Positions 13,435 to 20,396 of a DNA stretch of 32,000 nt are shown here, one piece after another. Position 1 is the stretch's first letter. Every line of letters begins with the position of its first letter. The stretch lies in NCBI RefSeq assembly GCF_000186885.1, contig NC_014972.1, positions 210,001 to 242,000 on the forward strand, read 5' to 3'. The translations under genes were made by a program, and so were the position numbers. Under the pieces are notes generated by a model. That model was not told the origin of the DNA. It worked only from the letters and a program-made list of their open reading frames with translations, and did no database searches. The DNA is from Desulfobulbus propionicus DSM 2032. GTDB taxonomy: Bacteria; Desulfobacterota; Desulfobulbia; Desulfobulbales; Desulfobulbaceae.

Positions 13435-15120
13435 ATGTCCGACGATCAAACTGACGAACAACACGCCTACGAGGCGCTACTCCAGCGTCGACTGCAGATC
13501 CTAAAGAAGCAGTTCGATGCCGGGAAGGTCCATATCGCCGAGGGGCTCCAGGTGATCGGGAGCCTCAAGCGCGTCAGGTACGCCGCTGACGGCACGGTCG
13601 ATCTATCAACAGTGGACGGCCTAGTGCGCTCGATGGCGCTTGCTGTCGAGGCGATGCACGACAGAGAGGAGATGAAGGACTCTGCGTCTCTCGCGCAGAT
13701 TCAGACCGAGTACTTCGACTTTTTGGAGAAGAACTTCGGTCACTTCTTCAAGGTCATGGTCGAACGCGGTCTCACCCCGCACAACGCAGGACGAGCACTT
13801 TCCAGGACTTCATCCACCGTCGCAGAGTTGACCCGAAACCTCCCTGAGTTCTTGGCTGCAATCGAGGGCTACTGGAGTGCCGCAGGCCCAATAGCGATTG
13901 CGCATGTGGAGGACATGCACGACGCACTTAAGGGCGTATTCGGAGGCGACTTGTTTCCATCGCCTGAGGAGAATATCGCTTCAAAGTGCTCGCTCTACAC
14001 AGACACACTCGTGCTGCCTGATCCATTCTTGCGCACGAAGCACATGTTCGAGCGACTCGGAGATGAGAGGAAAGCGTACTACCTCATCAAGCACGCTCTG
14101 AATCTGTTGCAGTACCGTAATCTTGCGTGTGCCGACGTGAGCCCGCCCATCGTCGTAGTGCTACCCGATGTCTCTGCTCTGGAAACGGAAGAGAAGGAGT
14201 TCTTCTATCGGCTCGGGCAGGATGACGCCCTCATTCACGGCGCTCGCGTCTTCGGGAGGCGATTCGAGACCTTTGACGAGCTCTTGGAGTTCTGTCAGCA
14301 ACTAGACACCATCGAGCGAGCTGTGGCAGCAGTTTCCGAGCCTGAGCGAGTTCTGTTTGATACGGAGTGGGAAGGCTCACTCCCGGAGCAGTTGAAACGG
14401 GCCACAAAGATGGAGGCGTACTCCGCCGTCGTTGGTACCACCAATCCTGGCGTCATCCTGGCGTCGCAGGCCCTGGGGCGCATGAGCACTAGCAATGAAC
14501 TCCTGATCAAGGCTCGTCGCCTTCGTGGCACTCCGATTATCGATGCTCCAACGTCATGGCAGTACTTCGTGTGGAAACTTGAGTACGACTCTTTTCAATC
14601 CGGTGAAGCAGAAGGGCTGCGTGACCTTCACACGGTGCGTGGATTGCAGACTCTTGCTGCGAACGAGATGCGATGGCTGGGCAGAGTGCCCCCGGAAGCC
14701 CTAATCGAGGTGCGCAAGGCTGGTGCGCTGGGGGAAGTTCGCGCAATCCTCGGAAAGGGAGTGGAGGAACTGGCCACGGTCAATCCCTCGAATTTCCACA
14801 GAACAAGCGACCTCGTCTTCGACAACATTCATGCAGCCTTTGCAAAGCATCAGGAGAACATGGATGCACTGGCGGCGAAGAAGTGGAAGTTCGCGGGGAG
14901 CGACATCGGATCGTGGATAGTAGTTGGGTCTTTGGCGGCAACGGCTGCCGCGACCGGCACACCAGCTTGGGGACTCGCCGCTCTGGCAGCCGATCAGTTG
15001 CTGAAAGCGCCCAAATTACGTGAGATACCGAAATCGATCAAGGCGCTGGCAAAGGAAAGTCAACAACTGAAGCGATCGCCGGTTGGCCTGCTCTTCAAGT
15101 ACAGCAAGAGAGGGGGCTAA
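13435..15120 (+). CDS. Hypothetical protein (561 aa) with a C-terminal hydrophobic hairpin
   Basis: A long clean ORF starting 41 nt after the previous gene. I can see no NTPase motif. The C-terminal GSDIGSWIVVGSLAATAAATGTPAWGLAALAADQLL (nt 14896-15003) could form two short membrane helices. Confidence 0.75.
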   Translation: MSDDQTDEQHAYEALLQRRLQILKKQFDAGKVHIAEGLQVIGSLKRVRYAADGTVDLSTVDGLVRSMALAVEAMHDREEMKDSASLAQIQTEYFDFLEKNFGHFFKVMVERGLTPHNAGRALSRTSSTVAELTRNLPEFLAAIEGYWSAAGPIAIAHVEDMHDALKGVFGGDLFPSPEENIASKCSLYTDTLVLPDPFLRTKHMFERLGDERKAYYLIKHALNLLQYRNLACADVSPPIVVVLPDVSALETEEKEFFYRLGQDDALIHGARVFGRRFETFDELLEFCQQLDTIERAVAAVSEPERVLFDTEWEGSLPEQLKRATKMEAYSAVVGTTNPGVILASQALGRMSTSNELLIKARRLRGTPIIDAPTSWQYFVWKLEYDSFQSGEAEGLRDLHTVRGLQTLAANEMRWLGRVPPEALIEVRKAGALGEVRAILGKGVEELATVNPSNFHRTSDLVFDNIHAAFAKHQENMDALAAKKWKFAGSDIGSWIVVGSLAATAAATGTPAWGLAALAADQLLKAPKLREIPKSIKALAKESQQLKRSPVGLLFKYSKRGG

Positions 15121-15240
15121 CCCCTCGCTCGAGCCGACCCGCTACGGCGTGCAGCTCAACTCGAACGTTAGGAGTCACGATATCTCCTGTAAATAGTGAC
15201 TTCAACAATCCCTATCCTTTCTCTTGATTATTGGATTAAA

Positions 15241-16275
15241 ATGAGTGTTCGCCCCCATCCCACCAAATCAAAAAGTGAACCTGGGAAATGGTGGGTCATT
15301 GATATCGGTCGGGGCAACCAGCGGGAGCGCATCACCTTTAACGGTTCGTACGAAGAGGCCTGGAGGTATGAGCGATCCATACGGCAGCAACCCGACCACT
15401 TGGTTGAGGGATCCGCTCCCAAAATAAAGGATGTGGTGACCTTATTCCTTGAATGGTACCGGACGGAGAATTCCATTAACACGGTCAATGATATGCGGTT
15501 TTGTCTCGATAATCATATCATTCCTTGGTTCGGTAATTTCCAGCCGAAACAGTTGACCATCGCTCTGTTCAATAAATTCAAGGCGGATTTGCTTGAACGA
15601 GGTTTGGCACCTGTCACAATCAACAAGAATATGAGTTACCTTTCCAGCCTGTTGAAATGGGCTTCGGAGCACGGATACTGCCAGCCGTTGGCATTCACCA
15701 TTCCCAGGTTTTCAAAAAAGAAAACAACAGCCGAACCGGTTCAGCCGTTGACCCGGCGGCAACTGGATGCGCTGTATGAATGCCTGGATCCAGAGTATCG
15801 GCTGCTTTTTCTGTTGATGGCGGACCATGGTCTCCGGAAGGAAGAGGCCCTGAATCTGCAGGTTGAAGATATCGACGAAGCGCGAAAGACGATCCGGGTT
15901 TATGGGAAGGGGAGTAAGTACAGAATCGTTCCTTTTCTGTCCGTCAGGTTTGAAGAGGAACTGAACAAAGTCCTTTCGGAACGGCTTGAAGGCTTCCTGG
16001 TCGTCAATCCGGCAACCGGAAAACCGTATTATTCAATTAGGAAGGTGTTAACCCGGGCAGCGAAAAAGGCGGGATTAAGCCGGCAGGTGTACCACCACCT
16101 GCTGCGCCATACTTTTGGATCCCTGGCGGCCGAGGCCGGGATGAACCCTTACGCGTTGCAACGGATCATGGGACACAGCAATATAGAGACAACGAACAAG
16201 ATCTACACCCATGTCGGCCTCGATTTCGTCGGTGAAGAGGCCCGTAAAATTCGTGAGCAAGGGGTAGGGCAGTGA
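15241..16275 (+). CDS. int: Tyrosine recombinase / phage integrase
   Basis: The C-terminal catalytic region reads ...LRKEEALNL..., HHLLRHTFGSLAAEAGMNPYALQRIMGHSNIETTNKIYTHV (R...HxxR...H...Y). The ATG at 15241 is preferred. It is adjacent to the tRNA-fragment att site. Confidence 0.9.
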   Translation: MSVRPHPTKSKSEPGKWWVIDIGRGNQRERITFNGSYEEAWRYERSIRQQPDHLVEGSAPKIKDVVTLFLEWYRTENSINTVNDMRFCLDNHIIPWFGNFQPKQLTIALFNKFKADLLERGLAPVTINKNMSYLSSLLKWASEHGYCQPLAFTIPRFSKKKTTAEPVQPLTRRQLDALYECLDPEYRLLFLLMADHGLRKEEALNLQVEDIDEARKTIRVYGKGSKYRIVPFLSVRFEEELNKVLSERLEGFLVVNPATGKPYYSIRKVLTRAAKKAGLSRQVYHHLLRHTFGSLAAEAGMNPYALQRIMGHSNIETTNKIYTHVGLDFVGEEARKIREQGVGQ

Positions 16276-16338
16276 CACGGCGTATCCGTGTCGCATTGTA
16301 ACATTTTGAAATTAAAAACGATTAAAACGAATTTCTAA

Positions 16339-16383
16339 TTCCTAATCCTGGTGCCGCAGGTTCGAATCCTGCCTGGAGCACCA
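16339..16383 (+). tRNA. Partial tRNA: 3' portion of a tRNA-Arg(CCU)-like gene from anticodon loop to CCA, the att core of the island
   Basis: Anticodon loop TTCCTAA (16339-16345), stem strand TCCTG, T-arm GCAGG-TTCGAAT-CCTGC (16356-16372), acceptor strand CTGGAGC, then A and CCA. Upstream there is no complementary 5' acceptor strand (GCTCCAG), no D-arm and no 5' anticodon-stem strand. Confidence 0.7.
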
Positions 16384-16389
16384 ATAAAC

Positions 16390-16436
16390 AAAGGCCAAAA
16401 GCTCAAGAATACAGAGCTTTTGGCCTTTTCTTTTTC
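16390..16436 (+). terminator. Rho-independent terminator downstream of the tRNA fragment
   Basis: AAAGGCCAAAAGCTC (16390-16404) pairs with GAGCTTTTGGCCTTT (16414-16428), followed by a T-rich tail. Confidence 0.8.
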
Positions 16437-16591
16437 GTTGATTTTTACCTATGGTTGGCATAGCTTTGCCCTAACGATTTTGCCACCGGTTGCTCCTTCG
16501 TAAGACTTGCCGACAATGATTTTGAACGGCAAAAGAGTTCTGACGCGTTCTTACAGCTCTGCGAGGCAATCTTTCCACCTCAATTGTGCGT

Positions 16592-16683
16592 ATTCCGGAG
16601 TAAGCCGGCCACTGATTCCGTTTCAAGTCGGCCGGGTATTCCGGTTGAAAGCGGCCACTGATTCCGGTCGACAGGCCACCTCA
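16592..16683. repeat. Four tandem 23-bp units (also readable as two 46-bp units)
   Basis: Units start with ATTCCG(G) at 16592, 16615, 16638 and 16661. GGCCACTGATTCCG is repeated exactly at 16607-16620 and 16653-16666, and GTATTCCGG at 16590-16598 and 16636-16644. Confidence 0.7.
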
Positions 16684-16709
16684 TTGAGGGGGTAGTGGCC
16701 CACTGTCGT

Positions 16710-16736
16710 GCGAGTTCGAGTCTCGCCTTCGCACCA
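16710..16736 (+). other. Orphan tRNA-like T-arm plus acceptor 3' end (tRNA remnant or unusual RNA)
   Basis: GCGAG-TTCGAGT-CTCGC, then CTTCGCACCA. I could not build a matching 5' acceptor, D-arm or anticodon arm upstream. The segment is followed by a strong terminator. Confidence 0.35.
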
Positions 16737-16770
16737 TCCTAACATCCGAGTAAGTCCAAGGATGTCTTGA

Positions 16771-16800
16771 AAGCCCAGTAAACACTGGGCTTTTTCTTTT
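16771..16800 (+). terminator. Rho-independent terminator
   Basis: AGCCCAGT (16772-16779), loop AAAC, ACTGGGCT (16784-16791), then TTTTTCTTTT. Confidence 0.8.
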
Positions 16801-17022
16801 TCCGTTGTCCGAGACTGTCCGCCTTGCTACGCTAAAATCTAAAGCCTTGGGGATACTTTTGGGAATATACCCCCGTGCCCCAATCTAGCGTATCCGCAAA
16901 AAACGGAGCCAGCCTTCATACCTGAGCCGATTGTCCCGTTATCTGCTCTTGCTAACCGTCGATCATGGCTTGATGGGCCTACATGCCGGATTATTTTCAA
17001 GGAGGAGTTTTTTTGTTGACTC

Positions 17023-17044
17023 GTTATATTTTTAAAAATATAAC
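17023..17044. promoter_or_regulatory. Perfect 22-bp AT-rich palindrome upstream of the cytochrome operon (possible ModE-type box)
   Basis: GTTATATTTTT/AAAAATATAAC is preceded by a C, giving CGTTAT. It shares the CGTTAT...ATAAC arms with the palindrome upstream of modE. Confidence 0.4.
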
Positions 17045-17187
17045 AAATGCCATTGCATCCCAATCAACCGACTCGAGGGGGATCCGCTCGTGACTTCTCG
17101 CTTATCCGTGCAGGATTTGCGTTAACGCGACTACGTTGAAGGCGGTTCCGCTTGCGGCTCCAAGCCATGACATTCAGGAGATTAACC

Positions 17188-17586
17188 ATGAGATTTAATG
17201 CGGTGCACGGGGCCATTCTTGCTCTCTGCTGGACATGCATTGCTGCCTTGCCGGTATGTGCCACGGGTGGACAAGGACCAGAACACGTGGTCATCCAATC
17301 GACGATTGACAAGGAAAAGGTGGCAAAGCCAGCCTACCTACCGCACCACAACCACCAATGGCTGGAATGCGATGGCTGCCATCACAGCAAAGGACCGGGC
17401 GGTAAAATGGAGGACTATGTGGCTGGGCAAAAAATTAAACAATGTGAAACCTGCCACAATAGCAAGGCAGTCATGCCAGAACCAATAGCGACGCTTAAAC
17501 GGGCCAGCCACAGGCTCTGCATGGAATGCCACCTCCAGCAGGACAAAGATCTCGCCAGGTGTGGTGTCTGTCATACCAACAAATAA
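17188..17586 (+). CDS. Tetraheme cytochrome c3-family protein
   Basis: It has a signal-like N-terminus and four CxxCH motifs (CDGCH, CETCH, CMECH, CGVCH) in about 130 aa. AGGAG lies 8 nt upstream of the ATG at 17188. Confidence 0.85.
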   Translation: MRFNAVHGAILALCWTCIAALPVCATGGQGPEHVVIQSTIDKEKVAKPAYLPHHNHQWLECDGCHHSKGPGGKMEDYVAGQKIKQCETCHNSKAVMPEPIATLKRASHRLCMECHLQQDKDLARCGVCHTNK

Positions 17587-17627
17587 CCGCTTCTCGTGAT
17601 GAGAAAATTGTGCGAATAGGAGCCACC

Positions 17628-18422
17628 ATGGATTCTGAAAACGAAAAGAGACTGAAAGGAGTTTCCCGACGGCAATGGCTGCTTGGGACCGGGGCGTTGG
17701 CAACAACCGCTGCCCTGGCGCATCTGGGTGGGGTGTTGCAACCGGCCCGTGCCATGGGCGGCAACACCGAAAAATGGCCGTGGCCCTATGAAAAGCTCGA
17801 TCCGATGGCCACCGCTGAACTTGCGTATAAAGAATGGTACCGAGTGTATTGCGGTTGCGCGGTTATCAGTAGCGTCTTCACCCAGCTACGAGAAAAGGTC
17901 GGCGAACCCTACGTTTCCTTTCCCATCGATGCCTTTGTCTTTCTTGAGGGTGGCGTGGCCAGTTGGGGCACGATCTGCGGCTCAAATGCTGGCGCGAACA
18001 TCGTCGCCAACCTGATCATCGGCCCGCGAATTGCCGGTGCTGATGAGGGGCACCTGATCGGAACGGATATCATGCAGTGGTATTGCGAGACAGCTCTTCC
18101 TGTTTTTAAACCGAAAGAGCCTGCCTTCAAGGGCAACATTCCGCAGACCATCAGCGAATCGCCACTCTGTCATGTCTCGGTCGGTAAGTGGATGGCGGTT
18201 GCCGACAAAACGGTCGGCAGCCCAGAGCGCAAAGACCGTTGTGCGCGGGTGACGGCCAGCGTGGCCTATCACCTGGTGGAGCTGCTCAACGACTGGAAGG
18301 ACGGCAAATACGAGGAAGAGGGGGACTGGGCCCCGATCTCCGATCACGGCATCAATGCCCAACCCAATTGCATGGAGTGCCACGGCGGCGGCGTACCCGA
18401 GGCCCCAAGGAAGAAAGGCTGA
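17628..18422 (+). CDS. Tat-exported redox protein (C_GCAxxG_C_C / split-Soret-cytochrome-like) with a C-terminal CxxCH
   Basis: A twin-arginine signal (SRRQWLLGTGALATTAA) is present, along with cysteine motifs YCGCAVIS, WGTICGSNAGA and LCHVSVGKW, and a C-terminal CMECHGGG. The start is set at the ATG at 17628. Confidence 0.7.
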   Translation: MDSENEKRLKGVSRRQWLLGTGALATTAALAHLGGVLQPARAMGGNTEKWPWPYEKLDPMATAELAYKEWYRVYCGCAVISSVFTQLREKVGEPYVSFPIDAFVFLEGGVASWGTICGSNAGANIVANLIIGPRIAGADEGHLIGTDIMQWYCETALPVFKPKEPAFKGNIPQTISESPLCHVSVGKWMAVADKTVGSPERKDRCARVTASVAYHLVELLNDWKDGKYEEEGDWAPISDHGINAQPNCMECHGGGVPEAPRKKG

Positions 18423-18633
18423 CAACCTGTTTACCGCGCCCCCTTTCCCCCCAGGCCGCGTACTTCGCGGAGAACGGAGGGGCAGGAAGGGCGCGAACGT
18501 GCACCCTCCTGATGCAGTCTTCGGCGATGTGATTCCGGCAAAAGGCTGGCGCGGAGAACCGGGACTCTATTGCCACCATCATGACCACCCTTGAGCCGGC
18601 GGGATCTCCAGCCATGGAGACAAGGCCCGACGG

Positions 18634-19689
18634 CTACAGCAACTTGCGGAAGGCAGATGCCTTGATCACCGCCACCACCTCTTTTCCTGTTTCCAACGCC
18701 AACTCGCGCATCGATTCCGGAACGATCTGCACGGTCATGGTCTGGGAGCCGCACTGCAGTTCCACTCGCACCCGGTTGCCGACGGTGAACAGCTTGCGCA
18801 CGGTACAGGGGAGCAGGTTGCGGGCACTGGTGGCTTCGGGATGGCGTTTGAAGAGCAGAATCTCCCGGGCATCGAGTTCAAAGACATTCTCCTCGTTTTC
18901 GCCTTGTTCGGTGAGCACCAGGCGCACATCTCCCCACTGATAGGCCCAGAGATCGCCCTGCGGCTGCGGTCGGCCCAACCGCAGCAGGTTGACATAGCCC
19001 TGGCGGGAGGCCGCCCAGGCGGACTGCGCCAGTTCCTCGGTGGCCATCTGCCGCTTGACCTCTCCCTGTTCCACCACCAGCACCTGCTCGGTCATCAGCC
19101 GCATCTCCAACAGGGAATGGCTGATGAACAGCAGGGGAATGTCGAAGCGGGAAAACACCGAGTTGAGGTAGGGCATGATCTGAAACTTCAGTTCCTCATC
19201 CAGGCCGGTGAGTGGTTCATCCATGAGAATCAAGCGGGGGCAGGAGAGGATGGTGCGGCCCAGGGCCACCCGTTGGCGTTCGCCGCCGGAGAGCAGATTG
19301 ACGCCCCGGTCCAGCAGGTGCGCCAGATGGAGGACCTCGATGATCGCCTCCGGCTCAACATGCCGCTCGGCCTCCGGCGTGCGCCGCCAGCCGTAGAGCA
19401 GGTTGCGGCGCACGCTCATGTGCGGAAAGAGATGGGCATGCTGAAAGACGACACCGATGCGGCGCTGTTCCGGTGGCAGGTTGATGCCGCGAGCACTGTC
19501 AAACAGCACTGTTTCATCCAGGTGGATGGAACCGCTGTCCGGCTTGAGCAGTCCGGCCAGCAGGTGCATTAGCGTAGATTTACCACTGCCCGAGGGTCCA
19601 AACAGGCCGATACGTTGACCGGAGAGGCTGAATTCGGCGGTGAATTGAAAGGTGCCCTGTTGCTTGCGGAGGGAAACGTCCAGGTGCAT
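18634..19689 (-). CDS. modC: Molybdate ABC transporter ATP-binding protein
   Basis: Walker [11 protein letters not shown], signature LSGGERQRVALGR, Walker B LILMDEPL, and a C-terminal TOBE-like domain. It lies downstream of modAB. The start at the ATG at 19689 abuts the modB stop. Confidence 0.9.
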   Translation of the reverse strand: MHLDVSLRKQQGTFQFTAEFSLSGQRIGLFGPSGSGKSTLMHLLAGLLKPDSGSIHLDETVLFDSARGINLPPEQRRIGVVFQHAHLFPHMSVRRNLLYGWRRTPEAERHVEPEAIIEVLHLAHLLDRGVNLLSGGERQRVALGRTILSCPRLILMDEPLTGLDEELKFQIMPYLNSVFSRFDIPLLFISHSLLEMRLMTEQVLVVEQGEVKRQMATEELAQSAWAASRQGYVNLLRLGRPQPQGDLWAYQWGDVRLVLTEQGENEENVFELDAREILLFKRHPEATSARNLLPCTVRKLFTVGNRVRVELQCGSQTMTVQIVPESMRELALETGKEVVAVIKASAFRKLL

Positions 19690-19690
19690 G

Positions 19691-20368
19691 CTATTTTTTG
19701 TCCAGCGATTTACTGGCCGCGCCACTGGCCAACAAGACGATAAAGGAAAGGATGATCGACACCATGCAGAGCGACAGCGCCATGCGGTCACCCCCCGGGG
19801 TGCTGGTGTATTCGTAGATGGCCAGCGGTATGGTCTGGGTGACCCCGGGAATGTTGCCGGCCAGGATGATGGTGGCCCCGAACTCGCCCAGGCTGCGGGC
19901 GAACATCAGGGTCATGCCGGCAAAGACCGCCCGTCCGGAAAGCGGCAGGGTCACGGTGAAAAAGGCGTCCCAGCCGCTGGCGCCCAGGGTGCGGGCTGCC
20001 CGGTGATAGGCGGGATCAACCAATTCCATGCCCAGGCGGATCGAGCGGACCAAGAGGGGGAAACCGACCACGGCCGAGGCAATAATAGCCCCGGTAAGGG
20101 TGAAGATAATCTGGATGTTGTACTCCATGAGCCATGAGCCGATCCAGCCCCGGCGGCCAAAGAGCACCAACAATAGGTAGCCGATCACCACCGGGGGCAG
20201 CACCAGCGGCAGGTTGACGATACCCTCGATGATGGCCTTGCCCGGAATGCGGGTGTGGACGAGCAGATAGGCGACACCGATGCCCAGCGGCGTGGAGAGC
20301 AAGGTGGCCGTGCAGGCCACCTTGAAGGAAAGCAGGATCGCGTCGAGATCCGAGGGTTGCAGAAACAT
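19691..20368 (-). CDS. modB: Molybdate ABC transporter permease
   Basis: The 225-aa protein has multiple TM segments. The motif FARSLGEFGATIILAGNIPG is typical of the ModB/CysTW family. Confidence 0.9.
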   Translation of the reverse strand: MFLQPSDLDAILLSFKVACTATLLSTPLGIGVAYLLVHTRIPGKAIIEGIVNLPLVLPPVVIGYLLLVLFGRRGWIGSWLMEYNIQIIFTLTGAIIASAVVGFPLLVRSIRLGMELVDPAYHRAARTLGASGWDAFFTVTLPLSGRAVFAGMTLMFARSLGEFGATIILAGNIPGVTQTIPLAIYEYTSTPGGDRMALSLCMVSIILSFIVLLASGAASKSLDKK

Positions 20369-20396
20369 GCGATGTAGCCCGACAGCACAAGCCCGA

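Larger units (their letters stand above)
1..16383. mobile_element. Integrated mobile element (prophage remnant or P4-family-primase satellite-like island). Left end is outside the window; right end is at a tRNA-fragment att site.
   Basis: The gene content is phage/plasmid-like: P4-family primase, CI/Ner-like switch, gpZ-like protein, two toxin-antitoxin (TA) pairs and a tyrosine integrase at 15241-16275. The integrase is followed by a 45-nt tRNA 3' fragment. There is a sharp change to GC-rich housekeeping genes to the right. Confidence 0.7.

Noticed and set aside
16308-16383. A complete tRNA gene ending at 16383
   Set aside because: The 5' 30 nt are A/T-rich island sequence. They contain no GCTCCAG acceptor strand, no D-arm and no CAGGA anticodon-stem strand. 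Only the 3' 45 nt are tRNA-like.
16592-16683. Tandem 23-bp repeats as a CRISPR array
   Set aside because: The units are contiguous with no unique spacers. There are only four copies, they are degenerate, and there are no cas genes.
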